Positions 22,155 to 33,483 of a DNA stretch of 64,000 nt are shown piece by piece. The position numbers were made by a program, and so were the translations under genes. A model generated the notes under the pieces. It saw only the letters and a program-made list of their open reading frames with translations. It was not told the origin of the DNA and did no database searches. Location: the NCBI GenBank assembly GCA_963800795.1, contig CAWDCJ010000009.1, forward strand, positions 27,475 to 91,474, given 5' to 3'. The first letter of the stretch is position 1, and every line of letters starts with the position of its first letter. This DNA comes from an uncultured Chloroflexia bacterium (GTDB lineage: Bacteria; Chloroflexota; Limnocylindria; Limnocylindrales; CSP1-4).

Positions 22155-23486
22155 ATGGGCCGGCTTTTCGGGACGGACGGGATTCGCGGCGTCGCCAACG
22201 TGGACCTGCGACCCACGGTCGCCTACGCGCTGGGGAGGGCGGCCGCCCATGAGCTCGTCAGCCCCGGGGGAAGCCTGGTCGTGGGCCGGGACACCCGCCG
22301 CTCGGGCCAGATGTTCGTGGCGGCCATCGCGGCGGGCGCGGCCAGCCTGGGGGCCGACGTGCACGATGCGGGCGTTCTCCCCACGCCGGCCCTCGCCTAC
22401 CTGGCCGGGACGGAATCGTTCTCCGCCGGGATCATGGTGTCCGCTTCCCACAACCCGGCCGACGACAACGGGCTCAAGGTGCTCGACGGTCGGGGCCTCA
22501 AGCTCGACGATGCCGAGGAGGACCGGCTGGAGCAGCTCATCTGGCGGACGGAGGAGCTGGGCGGCCCGCGGAACGGCGGCATCGGACGGCTGGTCCAGGC
22601 GTCTGCCCTCGTCGACCGCTACCGGGCCGACCGCCTCCGCCTTGCCGCCGCGACCCCCTGCCACCTGCATCTCGTGCTCGACTGTGCCAACGGCTCGGGT
22701 GGTGTCACGGCCCCGGAGATCCTCGCCGCGACGGGTGCCCGGGTCGACGTGATCCACAACCAGCCGGACGGGGAGAACATCAACGTCGGCTGCGGCGCCA
22801 CTGCGCCCGCCGACCTTGCCACGGAGGTCATCGCCAGGGGAGCCGACCTCGGGTTTGCGCTCGACGGCGATGCGGACCGGCTCGTGGCGGTCGACCGCCA
22901 CGGCCGGGTCGTCGACGGCGACCAATTGCTCGGGCTGTGTGCCCTGGATCGGCTGGCCCGTGGGACGCTTAACGGTGGCATCCTCGTCGTCACGGTGCTC
23001 TCAAACGGTGGCCTGGAAGCCGCGCTCGGTGCGGTCGGCGGGCAGGTTGTCCGCACGCCTGTCGGCGACAAGTACATCCTCGACGGCATGCAGGTGACCG
23101 GCGCGAACCTCGGCGGCGAGAAGAGCGGCCACGTCATCATCCTGGACCATGCGACGTCGGGCGACGGCCTGGTCACCGCCCTGGAGGTACTCGGCATCGT
23201 CGGCCGCATCGGCCGGCCGATCGATGAGCTGGCCGCCCGGATCCCGCTCTTTCCGCAGGAGCAGCGCGCGATCCACGTGCGCCACAAGGAACAGTGGGAG
23301 GCGGACCCCGAGCTGCGGCGGGCGATCGCCGCCGCGGAGGCCCGACTCCCGATCGGCGGGCGCATCCTCGTGCGTCCGTCCGGCACGGAGCCGGTCCTGC
23401 GCGTCATGGTGGAGGGCCCGGACCCGGAGCTGGTGGCAACGCTCGCCGACGAACTCGCGGCCCTCGCGCGAGACCGCCTAAACTAG
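22155..23486 (+). CDS. glmM: Phosphoglucosamine mutase
   Basis: ATG 22155; FGTDGIRG, SASHNP, DGDADR, GGEKSGH, RPSGTEP. Confidence 0.97.
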   Translation: MGRLFGTDGIRGVANVDLRPTVAYALGRAAAHELVSPGGSLVVGRDTRRSGQMFVAAIAAGAASLGADVHDAGVLPTPALAYLAGTESFSAGIMVSASHNPADDNGLKVLDGRGLKLDDAEEDRLEQLIWRTEELGGPRNGGIGRLVQASALVDRYRADRLRLAAATPCHLHLVLDCANGSGGVTAPEILAATGARVDVIHNQPDGENINVGCGATAPADLATEVIARGADLGFALDGDADRLVAVDRHGRVVDGDQLLGLCALDRLARGTLNGGILVVTVLSNGGLEAALGAVGGQVVRTPVGDKYILDGMQVTGANLGGEKSGHVIILDHATSGDGLVTALEVLGIVGRIGRPIDELAARIPLFPQEQRAIHVRHKEQWEADPELRRAIAAAEARLPIGGRILVRPSGTEPVLRVMVEGPDPELVATLADELAALARDRLN

Positions 23487-23534
23487 TCCCGCGGCCATCG
23501 AGGTCCGGTTGGCGCGACGGAGGCTCTCGACGGC

Positions 23535-25365
<1,831 letters not shown>

Positions 25366-25368
25366 AGG

Positions 25369-25917
25369 ATGACCGAGCCGGACGCGCGAGTCCCCGAGGC
25401 GACCGCCGAGCTCGGGCTGGACATCATTCGCGTGGAGCGCATCCGCGAGGCCCTGGCGCGCTTCGGCGATCGCTTCGTCCGGCGCGTGCTCACCACGCGG
25501 GAGGCTGCCTACGTCCGCGGACGCCCCGAGACGCTCGCCGGCAGGTGGGCGGCGAAGGAGGCGGTCAGCAAGGTGCTCGGCCTCGGCGTGCGCGGGATCG
25601 GCTGGCTGGACATCGAGATCGAGCGCCTGCCCACCGGTCAGCCGGCGGTCGTCCTGCACGGGCGGGCGGCCGCCCGGGCCGACCAGCTGGGGCTGGCGCG
25701 GATCGCCGTCAGCATCACGCATGAACGCGAGTACGCCCTCGCCATCGCCTTTGGCGTCCGGACGGCCGGCGGCCGCTACATCTTCCCGCCCGACATCGAG
25801 GAGCGGCTGGGGGAGCGCGAGGCGGCCCTGGTCCGCCGGATCGAGCGCATCCGCGGGCTGGGCCGGGAGGCGGCGTCGCTCGCCGCGACCGGGCGGGAGA
25901 CAAATCCCGATGCCTGA
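25369..25917 (+). CDS. acpS: Holo-[acyl-carrier-protein] synthase with C-terminal extension
   Basis: LGLDII, LAGRWAAKEAVSK, VSITHEREYA. Confidence 0.92.
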   Translation: MTEPDARVPEATAELGLDIIRVERIREALARFGDRFVRRVLTTREAAYVRGRPETLAGRWAAKEAVSKVLGLGVRGIGWLDIEIERLPTGQPAVVLHGRAAARADQLGLARIAVSITHEREYALAIAFGVRTAGGRYIFPPDIEERLGEREAALVRRIERIRGLGREAASLAATGRETNPDA

Positions 25918-26914
25918 CGCGTCGATCCTCTCCGAGCCCGGCGATCCGGTCGCGACCCGCCTGGACGAGCGGAGCGCCGGCCTGCTGCTGCCGGAGCGGC
26001 CGGGTCGCGGTCACAAGGGCACCTTCGGCAAGCTCCTCGTCGTGGCCGGATCGCTCGACTACGCGGGAGCGGCCCTCCTGGTCTGCCAGGCGGCCGGGCG
26101 CGTGGGCACGGGGCTGGTCACGCTCGCGGTGCCCGAGTCCCTGCAGCCGCTCTTCGCGGCCAAAGTGGTCGAGGCAACCACGCTGGCACTCACCGAGGAC
26201 GACGTCGAGGAGGTTGACCCGGCGCCCGCCCTGGCCCGGATCCTCGACCATGAGCACGATGCCCTCGTCGTCGGCCCGGGGCTTCGGCCGTCGCTCGCCT
26301 CCGCCGCTCTGATCCGGGGCATCCTCGCCGCGAGGGCAGAGGACGACGCCACGCCCGCCGTCGTCGACGCGGAGGCGCTCCGCTCGCTCGCCGCCGAGGA
26401 TGGCTGGTGGGAGGGCGTGATGCGGCCGTGCGTGCTCACGCCGCACGTGGGGGAATTCAGCCGGCTTCGAGCGGCCGGGGGGGTTGCCACCGGGGCCGAC
26501 GGTGACCTCGCCGGTGATGATCCCGCCCGGCTCGAGGCCGCCCGCCACGCGGCGCGGGCCTGGGGCCAGGTCGTGGTCCTCAAGGGTGCGCACACGGTCA
26601 TCGCGGCCCCGGACGGTGCCGCTGCGGTGGCGACGTTCGAGAACCCGGCGCTCGCCACCGGCGGGACCGGCGACGTCCTGTCCGGGACGATCGGCGGCCT
26701 GCTGGCCCAGGGTCTCGACCCATACGCGGCGGCGCGCCTTGGCGTGCAGCTCCACGGCATGGCGGGCGACGCCGTGCGCCATCGTGTCGGGGACGCGGGG
26801 CTCCTCGCCGGCGACCTTCCCTTCGAGATCGCCCGCGCGCGCCACCGCCTGGCGGTCGATGCTGCTCGCCGGGCCGGCGCGGGACGGCTCGGGTTCGGGC
26901 GCCCCGCCGAGTGA
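25910..26914 (+). CDS. nnrD: ADP-dependent NAD(P)H-hydrate dehydratase (stand-alone YjeF C-domain)
   Basis: ATG 25910; GHKGTFGKLLVVAGS, LVVGPGL, LTPHVGEF, LATGGTGDVLSG. Confidence 0.92.
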   Translation: MPDASILSEPGDPVATRLDERSAGLLLPERPGRGHKGTFGKLLVVAGSLDYAGAALLVCQAAGRVGTGLVTLAVPESLQPLFAAKVVEATTLALTEDDVEEVDPAPALARILDHEHDALVVGPGLRPSLASAALIRGILAARAEDDATPAVVDAEALRSLAAEDGWWEGVMRPCVLTPHVGEFSRLRAAGGVATGADGDLAGDDPARLEAARHAARAWGQVVVLKGAHTVIAAPDGAAAVATFENPALATGGTGDVLSGTIGGLLAQGLDPYAAARLGVQLHGMAGDAVRHRVGDAGLLAGDLPFEIARARHRLAVDAARRAGAGRLGFGRPAE

Positions 26915-28245
26915 CCGACCCGGCGGCGCCGATCGAGGAGCGCCTGCGGGCTGCCCGGCTCCCGCCGCTGCCGCGCACGGCCTGGCTCGAGATCGACCTG
27001 GGACGGCTGGCCGGGAACGTGCGGGCGATGCGGGCGGCGCTGCCCGCCGGCACCCTGTTCGAGGCGGTCGTCAAGGCCAATGGCTACGGTCACGGGGCCG
27101 TGCCGGTCGCGCACGCCGCGCTGGCTGCCGACGCTCACGGGCTCTGTGTCGCAACGCTGGACGAGGGGCTCGAGCTCCGCGCGGCCGGCCTGCGTGCGCC
27201 GATCCTTGTGCTCTTTCCCATCCCGCCGGACGGCTTCGGAGAGGCTGCCCGGGCGGGGATCGCGGTGGCGGCCGGGGATGACCTCCTCTGGACCCGGGGC
27301 CTGGCCGCCTATGCCCGGAGCCGACGGCGCGCCCGCGGGCGGGCCGGCGAGCTCGTCGTTCACGTCGGCATCGAAACCGGGCTGGGCCGGGATGGTCTGC
27401 GGCCCGACCAGGCGATCGCGGCCGTGCGTGCCCTGGCCGGCGTGGCCGGTGCCCGCTTCGAGGGTGTGTGGTCGCATCTGCAGGCGCCCGAGGACACGGT
27501 CCGGACCACCCGCCAGGTCGATCGGTTCGTGGCCGCGGTGCGGGCCCTGGTGGCGGCCGGGTTCCCGGTGCCGCATCGCCATCTCCTGGCCTCGGGTGGC
27601 CTGCTCGCGGTGGAGCGGTACGCCGGTGGCACGGCGCCCGTCTTCGATGGCGTCCGGGTGGGCCTCTCCCTCTACGGGATCGAACCGCAAGGGCTCCGGA
27701 TCGGGCGCGCCGCGAGCGTGATCAGCGCCTCGCTGCAGCCGGTCCTCTCGCTGCACGCCCGGCCGGTCCGCGTCGCGGACCTGCCGGCTGGCGAGGGCGT
27801 GGGGTACGGGCCCAGCTTCGTGACGGCGCGCCCCAGCCGGATCGCGACGCTGCCGGTCGGTTACGCCGACGGCTGGGTCCGCGCGCTGGGGAACCGTGCG
27901 GTGGCGCTCGTCCGAGGCTCCCGGGTCCCGCTGGTCGGGACGGTCGCGATGGACGCCGTGATGGCCGACGTCACGGACGTTCCCGGACCGCCCGTCACGC
28001 CCGACGACGAGTTCGTCCTCCTCGGCGAACAGGGTGTCGAACGGATCACCGCCGACGAGCTGGCGCGGGAGCGCACCACGATCAGCTGGGAGGTGCTTGC
28101 CACGATGGCTGGCCGCCTACCCCGGGTGTACACTTCGCCGGCCGACGCGGTCGGTATTCGCACGCTCACGCAGGACCGGGGACCATGGCAGACATCGCGC
28201 TCTGGAACGGCGACATCTGCGACCTCGAGGTGGACGCAATCGTGA
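26911..28245 (+). CDS. alr: Alanine racemase
   Basis: AVVKANGYGHG (PLP Lys), GVGYG, LPVGYADG, VGTVAMD. Confidence 0.96.
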   Translation: MTDPAAPIEERLRAARLPPLPRTAWLEIDLGRLAGNVRAMRAALPAGTLFEAVVKANGYGHGAVPVAHAALAADAHGLCVATLDEGLELRAAGLRAPILVLFPIPPDGFGEAARAGIAVAAGDDLLWTRGLAAYARSRRRARGRAGELVVHVGIETGLGRDGLRPDQAIAAVRALAGVAGARFEGVWSHLQAPEDTVRTTRQVDRFVAAVRALVAAGFPVPHRHLLASGGLLAVERYAGGTAPVFDGVRVGLSLYGIEPQGLRIGRAASVISASLQPVLSLHARPVRVADLPAGEGVGYGPSFVTARPSRIATLPVGYADGWVRALGNRAVALVRGSRVPLVGTVAMDAVMADVTDVPGPPVTPDDEFVLLGEQGVERITADELARERTTISWEVLATMAGRLPRVYTSPADAVGIRTLTQDRGPWQTSRSGTATSATSRWTQS

Positions 28246-28715
28246 GCCCGGCCAGCCCGAACCTCTGGATGGCGACGGGCGTCGCGGGCGCGATCAAGCG
28301 TCGGGGTGGCGACGTGATCGAGTTCGCCGCAGTCCGACAGGGGCCCGCCGAGGTGGGCGACGCGATCGTGACCAGCGCAGGCTCGCTGGCGGCGCGCTGG
28401 GTGATCCACGCCGTCTCGCTGGACCCGATGCGCCGCACGGACTCCCGCGCGATCGATCGCGCCGTCCGGAACGCGTTTGCGCGTGCCCGGGATCTCGGCG
28501 TGGAAACGCTCGCGATCCCTGCGCTCGGCACCGGCGTCGGCGGCTACCCGATCGCGGAGGCAGCCCAGGTGACGATCGCCGCGGCGCGCGCCGAGCTGGC
28601 CCGCTCGCCGCGGATCACCCGCCTGACCCTCGCCCTCCGCGGCGCGGCCGCGTACGAGGCATTTCGCGTCGCGCTTGCGGCCGCGGAGGCAGCCCCCATC
28701 GGGACTCCGGCGTGA
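28185..28715 (+). CDS. Macrodomain (ADP-ribose-binding fold) protein
   Basis: ATG 28185 inside ORF 27468-28715; GDI, DAIV..., GVAGAI, VIHAV, IPALGTGVGG. Confidence 0.9.
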   Translation: MADIALWNGDICDLEVDAIVSPASPNLWMATGVAGAIKRRGGDVIEFAAVRQGPAEVGDAIVTSAGSLAARWVIHAVSLDPMRRTDSRAIDRAVRNAFARARDLGVETLAIPALGTGVGGYPIAEAAQVTIAAARAELARSPRITRLTLALRGAAAYEAFRVALAAAEAAPIGTPA

Positions 28716-29002
28716 CGTTCCCTGTCCTCCCGGGCGATGAGCAGCGGGCCGCCCTGGTCGAGGAGGTGGCCCGCGAGATCCAGCTTTGTGGCATGACCGG
28801 ACCGGCGGTCCTCTTTCTCCATGCGAGCATGCCGGACGGTGGGCTCGTGGGGAGCGCGATGACCTTCTTCGACCCGGTCCTGCGCCAGCTCTTCGGAGGT
28901 GGCAGCGCACCCGCGAGCGCCCTGCTGGCGGACGAGGCCGGCATCGAGCAGCTGCTCGACCGGCTCGAGGAGCTTGACGAGGAGTCGGTCTGGGACGCGT
29001 GA
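28712..29002 (+). CDS. Small hypothetical helical protein (96 aa)
   Basis: GTG 28712 overlaps the macro stop; LVEEVAREI..GMTGPAVLFLH...FFDPVLRQLF...IEQLLDRLEE; stop overlaps the next start. Confidence 0.75.
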   Translation: MTFPVLPGDEQRAALVEEVAREIQLCGMTGPAVLFLHASMPDGGLVGSAMTFFDPVLRQLFGGGSAPASALLADEAGIEQLLDRLEELDEESVWDA

Positions 29003-30719
29003 GCCGCGCCGAGGCCGAGCCTGCCGTCCCCCCGCCGATCGCGGGCCCGAGCCGCCCGGGGCCGCTCCGCTGCCTTCCCCGGGCACGATCCCGGCCGACG
29101 TCGGCGGGCCGCACGGCGCGTTCGTGACCCTCGACCTGGGAACGGCGACCTCCGCCGCCGCGATCGTCGGCCGCGTCGACGGACGCTGGCGCCTGCTGGC
29201 GGCTACGGCCCTGCCGGCCGGCAGCGACCGGGACGCGCTCGTCGGGTTGCTCGGGGAACGCCTCCGCGCCGCGGACCCTGATCTCGCCGACGCGACCGTG
29301 AACCGGCCGGGGGATGGTCGCCAGCCACGTGACTGGCCCCGGCTCATCGCGCGGAGCGTGCCGGCCGCGACGCTGGCCGTCATCGCGGCCACCGAGCGCA
29401 CCCGGGCCCGGCTGGAAGAGGCCGCCACAGGAGCCGGCTGGAACGTGGTCGCGGGCAGCGCCGAGCGGACGGACCCGCTCGAGCTCACCCGGATGGCGAC
29501 ACGCCCCGGCGTGGCGGGCCTCCTGGTGGGCGTGGCGGACCCACCCGATTCCGACGAGCGCGACCTGGCCGCCGAGCTGGCGGTCGCGGCGGCCGGGATC
29601 GCGGTGCGGTGCCCCGGCCTCCGCATCTTCCTGGCGGGATCCATCCCGGAGGCCCCCCTCCGTGACATCCTGCGCGACCCGGACCTCGTGCGGCTCGCGG
29701 CACCGGCCCGTGCTCCCGGGGAGCCGGCCGCCTCGAACCTGCGGAGGGCGCTGGCGGACGCCCGCCGCGGCCCGATGGACAGCCGCCGCGTTCTCGCCGC
29801 CGCCGCGGGGTCACTTGCCCGCGTCCTGGGGCTGCGAGTGGAGATCCTCGAGATCGGCGTCGCGGGAGCGGCCCGCATTCTGGCCTCCACGACTCCCGAC
29901 CGCGACGGCGGGGGCGGGGTGAGCGTGGAGGTCGTGGAAGCGCCCGACGCAGCCCTGTTCCGGGTGAATGGCCCCGGGGCGATCGACCGGGTCGATCACT
30001 GGTTCACCCAGGGCCTGGACCGGGCCCGCCTCCGGGACCGGCTGGCAGAGCTGGCGATCAGCCCCTGGAGCGATCTCGAGGGGGATGGCGCACTGCTCCG
30101 GGGAGCCGCCCTCCGCGCTGCCCTGGAGCGCCTCCTCGAGGCGACCGTGCCCGTGCTCGGGGATGGTGGCGCGGATCTCGTGATCGGTGCCGGTGGGGCG
30201 TGGTCCGCGGTTCCCGGGCCCGCGGCGGCCCACATCATGGCCGACGTCGTGCGCCGGCCGGGGGCCATGCAGATCGCCATCGACCACGCGCGACTCCTCG
30301 GCCCGATCGGGACGATCGAGGACGATTCGGAACGTGACGCGCTCGTCGCCGACCTTGCCGAGGACCTGCTCCTGCGGCTCGGGACGGTGGTCACACCGCG
30401 CGGCCTGCGACCGAACCGGCCGGCCGGGCATCTCGCGCTCACGACGAGCGGCGGGAGCTCCGAGGTCGACCTGGTGGCCGGCGGGCTGACGCTCGTCGAT
30501 CTTCCGCCCGGCGAGAGCGGCATGGCCGAGCTCTCCTTCCGTGGAGCGCCCGAGCTTGGGCCGCGCGGGCGGCGCTTCCAGATCCCGGTCACCGGCGGTC
30601 TCGCCGGCCTGCTGCTCGACCTGCGAGACATCCCGCTCCGGCTGCCGGAGCGGCCCGACCGCCGGCGCGAGCTGCTCGGGACCTGGGAGGCCGCCCTGTG
30701 GCCGGAGCGCGACGCTTGA
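28999..30719 (+). CDS. Glutamate mutase L (GlmL/MutL)-like actin-fold protein; start uncertain (GTG 28999 needs a frameshift, in-frame GTG at 29124)
   Basis: TLDLGTATS (phosphate-1-like), DLVIGAGGAWS, C-terminal LPPGE...VTGGLAGLLLDLRDIPLRLP as recalled for Chloroflexi GlmL-family proteins. Confidence 0.7.
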
Positions 30720-31733
30720 CCGGCAGGCTGGGCCTGGTCCCGCCCCGCGCGCTCCTCGTGCCGCGCCCGCGCGTTCGGCTGGAGATGCAGCCGGGCGATC
30801 GAGTGATCGCCGAGATCGGCGAGGTCGTTCACGCGGGCGACGTGCTGGCGGAACGCATCCGCGACCCCCGGCTCGTCGAGGTGGCGCTGCCGCGGCACGG
30901 GGCGGACCAGGGGATCCCGCTGCCCGGCACCTGGCTGCCCGGCGAGCACGCCCGACCCGGCCGTCGCGCCGGCACGCCAGCCGGCGAGCTGCTCTTCGAG
31001 CACGCCGGGCGTCGCCGCCTGGCGGTCGGTCCGCACCCGGACCATCTCAACGCGCCGGCCGACGGGCGTCTCGTCGAGGTGCACCCTGGGGTCGCGCTCG
31101 TGCTCGAGATCGAGGGGCCGGGCCTCGTCGCCACCGAGCTGCTCGGGGAACCCTTCTCGGGCCGCCTGGTCCTGCTGCCGGAGGAGTCCGACCCACGTCT
31201 CGCGCTCGATGTCGCGCTTGCCGGGTCGGTCGTGGTGGTGCCGGGCCGAGTGGATGCGGAGGCGCTCACCCGGGCGCGGGCGATGGGCATCCACGGCGCA
31301 GTCGTCGGATCGCTGGCCGAGCGCGATCGGCGTGACCTCGCCGCGTCGGCGGCCCGCCAGCAGGCCGGCCCGCACCACCTCGCGCCTTTCGGCGTTCTTG
31401 TGCTCGGGGGGTACCTTCGACGTGCCTTCCCGTCGGCAGTCCAGGCCATCCTGGAGATGGTCGCCGGCGCGCTGGTCGGGTCGGTCGGCGATCCTCCGCT
31501 GCTGCTGCTGCCGGCGGAGCGCCTGCTGCCGTTGCCGGAACCCGACCGCATCCTCGTCCGGGGTGGCCAGGAGGCGGGCAGCGAGGGCCGGTGGCTGGGA
31601 CCCGGTGGACCTCGCCGCCTGCGTGGAGGCGTTGTGGTCGAGACCGGGGCTCGTCGTCCTTGACGACGGCCGGGCGCTGGCGATCGCGATCGGGGACCTG
31701 GAGCGGTTCGCCGTCGACGCCGCCAACCAGTAG
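30716..31733 (+). CDS. Conserved hypothetical protein (frameshift near 31645)
   Basis: TTG 30716 overlaps the upstream stop; VIAEIGEVVHAGDVLA (barrel-sandwich-like), VDAEALTRARAMGIHGAVVGS; tail VVLDDGRALAIAIGDLERF in the next frame. Confidence 0.7.
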
Positions 31734-31742
31734 GCTCTGGGG

Positions 31743-32213
31743 ATGACCGCCGCCCCGTCGGAGCTTCAGCTCCTCGCGCCCGACCCGGCCGCCACGCGCG
31801 CGCTCGGCGAGCGCCTCGGACGTGCGGCGGCCGCCGGGGACGTCATCGCGCTGACAGGTCCGCTGGGCGCTGGCAAGACCGAGCTCGCCCGCGGCATCGC
31901 GCGCGGGCTCGGGGTGGTCGGTCCGGTCGCCTCGCCCACGTTCGTCCTCGCCGCCGAGCACGAAGGGCGCCTGCCCCTGTTCCACCTCGACTGCTATCGC
32001 CTGGCCGGCCCGGAAGAGGCGCTCGCCGCGGGGCTCCTCGACGAACGGGGTGCCGATGGCGTCACAGTCGTCGAGTGGGCCGAGCGCCTGGGGCCGGCGC
32101 TGCCGACCGGGCGGCTGGAGATCCGGCTCGCCGGGTCGGGCGACGACCCACGCACGCTCGCCTGCCGGGCCACCGACCCGCGCCACCGAAGCCTCCTGGG
32201 GGCGCTGGCATGA
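31743..32213 (+). CDS. tsaE: tRNA t6A biosynthesis ATPase TsaE
   Basis: GPLGAGKT, VASPTF, HLDCYRL, VVEWAE. Confidence 0.96.
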   Translation: MTAAPSELQLLAPDPAATRALGERLGRAAAAGDVIALTGPLGAGKTELARGIARGLGVVGPVASPTFVLAAEHEGRLPLFHLDCYRLAGPEEALAAGLLDERGADGVTVVEWAERLGPALPTGRLEIRLAGSGDDPRTLACRATDPRHRSLLGALA

Positions 32214-32938
32214 CGGCGGGCGGCGCGGACGGGATGCTGCTGGCGCTCGACACCGCGACATCCCGGGCCGTCCTTGCTCTCGGGGCGGCCGACGGGACGT
32301 TGCTCGCCGCCGACACCTGGCCGGCCGGGCATCGCCACGTGGAAGAGCTCCTGCCGCGCCTGGAGGCGCTCCTCGCCGGCCATGGATGGGATCGGAGCGT
32401 GCTCTCCGACCTGGCGGGGATCGTCGTCGGGACGGGGCCGGGGGCCTTCACGGGTCTGCGGGTCGGGCTGGCCACCGCCAAGGCCCTCGCGGTGGCCTTC
32501 CGCACGCCGCTCGTCGCCATCGGGAGCGGGGTCGCACTGCTCGCCGCGGCGGAGGCGGCGGAGGCGGCGGAGGCGGACCCGGTGACCGACGGCCAGCGCC
32601 TGGTGCTGCTCCTGCCCGCGGGGCCGTCCGGCCGCTACCTGGTGACGCGGGCCGGGACGCAGCTCGTGATCGGCTCCGATCTTCCCGACCTCCCGACCAA
32701 TGCGCTCCTCGTCGCCGTGGATCTCGGCGCGCGAGCCCCGGCTGCGGCCCGCGCGCGCGGTGAGGCTGCCACGGACCGACTTCCCGGGGTCCTGCTCCGC
32801 CTGGGTGCCGCGCGTCTCGCGGCCGGAGACGTCGACGACCCCGCGCAGGTCGTCCCCGAGTACGTGACGCTCCCGCAGGGCGTGCTGGCGAGGCCGGGCG
32901 CCGAGGAAGGAACGACGTGGTCGCCCGTCCGCCCGTGA
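32210..32938 (+). CDS. tsaB: tRNA t6A biosynthesis protein TsaB
   Basis: ATG 32210; LALDTAT, GTGPGAFTGLRVG. Confidence 0.94.
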   Translation: MTAGGADGMLLALDTATSRAVLALGAADGTLLAADTWPAGHRHVEELLPRLEALLAGHGWDRSVLSDLAGIVVGTGPGAFTGLRVGLATAKALAVAFRTPLVAIGSGVALLAAAEAAEAAEADPVTDGQRLVLLLPAGPSGRYLVTRAGTQLVIGSDLPDLPTNALLVAVDLGARAPAAARARGEAATDRLPGVLLRLGAARLAAGDVDDPAQVVPEYVTLPQGVLARPGAEEGTTWSPVRP

Positions 32939-33483
32939 AGCTCTCCATCGAGCCGATGACGTTCGACGACCTGCCGGCGGTGCAGGCGATCGAGCGGGCC
33001 AGCTTCACGACACCCTGGCCGACCCACGCCTACCAGGCGGAGCTCGAGACGAACAAGCTCGCGCGCTACCTCGTGGTCCGGGCGGGGCGTGAGGTCATTG
33101 CCTACGCCGGGATCTGGCTGATGGTCGACGAGGCGCACATCACGACGTTCGCGGTCGCGCCCGCCTGGCGCCGTCGGAGGATCGGTGAGCGCCTCCTCGT
33201 GGCGGCCCTGGACCTGTCGATGGCGCGCGGGGCGCGCGAGGCGACGCTGGAGGTGCGCCTCTCGAACGTCCCAGCGCGTCGCCTCTACGAGAAGTACGGC
33301 TTCCAGCCGGTCGGGATCCGGCCGCGCTACTACAGCGACGACCACGAGGATGCATTGATCATGACAACGGAGCCGCTCCAATCGCCGGGCATGCGAGCCC
33401 GCCTCGCGGCGCTCGGCGCGGAGCTGGCGGGGCTGCCCGACCCGGAACCTCCGGACACCGAGCTGCCGGGTGGTTCCGGATGA
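32917..33483 (+). CDS. rimI: Ribosomal protein S18-alanine N-acetyltransferase (GNAT)
   Basis: IERASFTTPW, HITTFAV, RRRRIG, LEVRLSN..ARRLYEKYGF. Confidence 0.93.
   Translation: MVARPPVKLSIEPMTFDDLPAVQAIERASFTTPWPTHAYQAELETNKLARYLVVRAGREVIAYAGIWLMVDEAHITTFAVAPAWRRRRIGERLLVAALDLSMARGAREATLEVRLSNVPARRLYEKYGFQPVGIRPRYYSDDHEDALIMTTEPLQSPGMRARLAALGAELAGLPDPEPPDTELPGGSG

Noticed and set aside
21162-23486. CdaR-GlmM fusion; likewise EchA-EchB in ORF 50077-52266
   Set aside because: Frameshift-generated read-through; the normal stops (22152, 50334) and starts (22155, 50337) are present
23487-23534. glmS ribozyme
   Set aside because: The spacer is only 48 nt, too short, and the gene is operon-internal
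32546-32576. 9-nt tandem repeat (gcggcggag x3) in tsaB, and an 18-nt duplication in the glmU tail
   Set aside because: In-frame low-complexity Ala/Glu linkers; not CRISPR-like and not phase-variable
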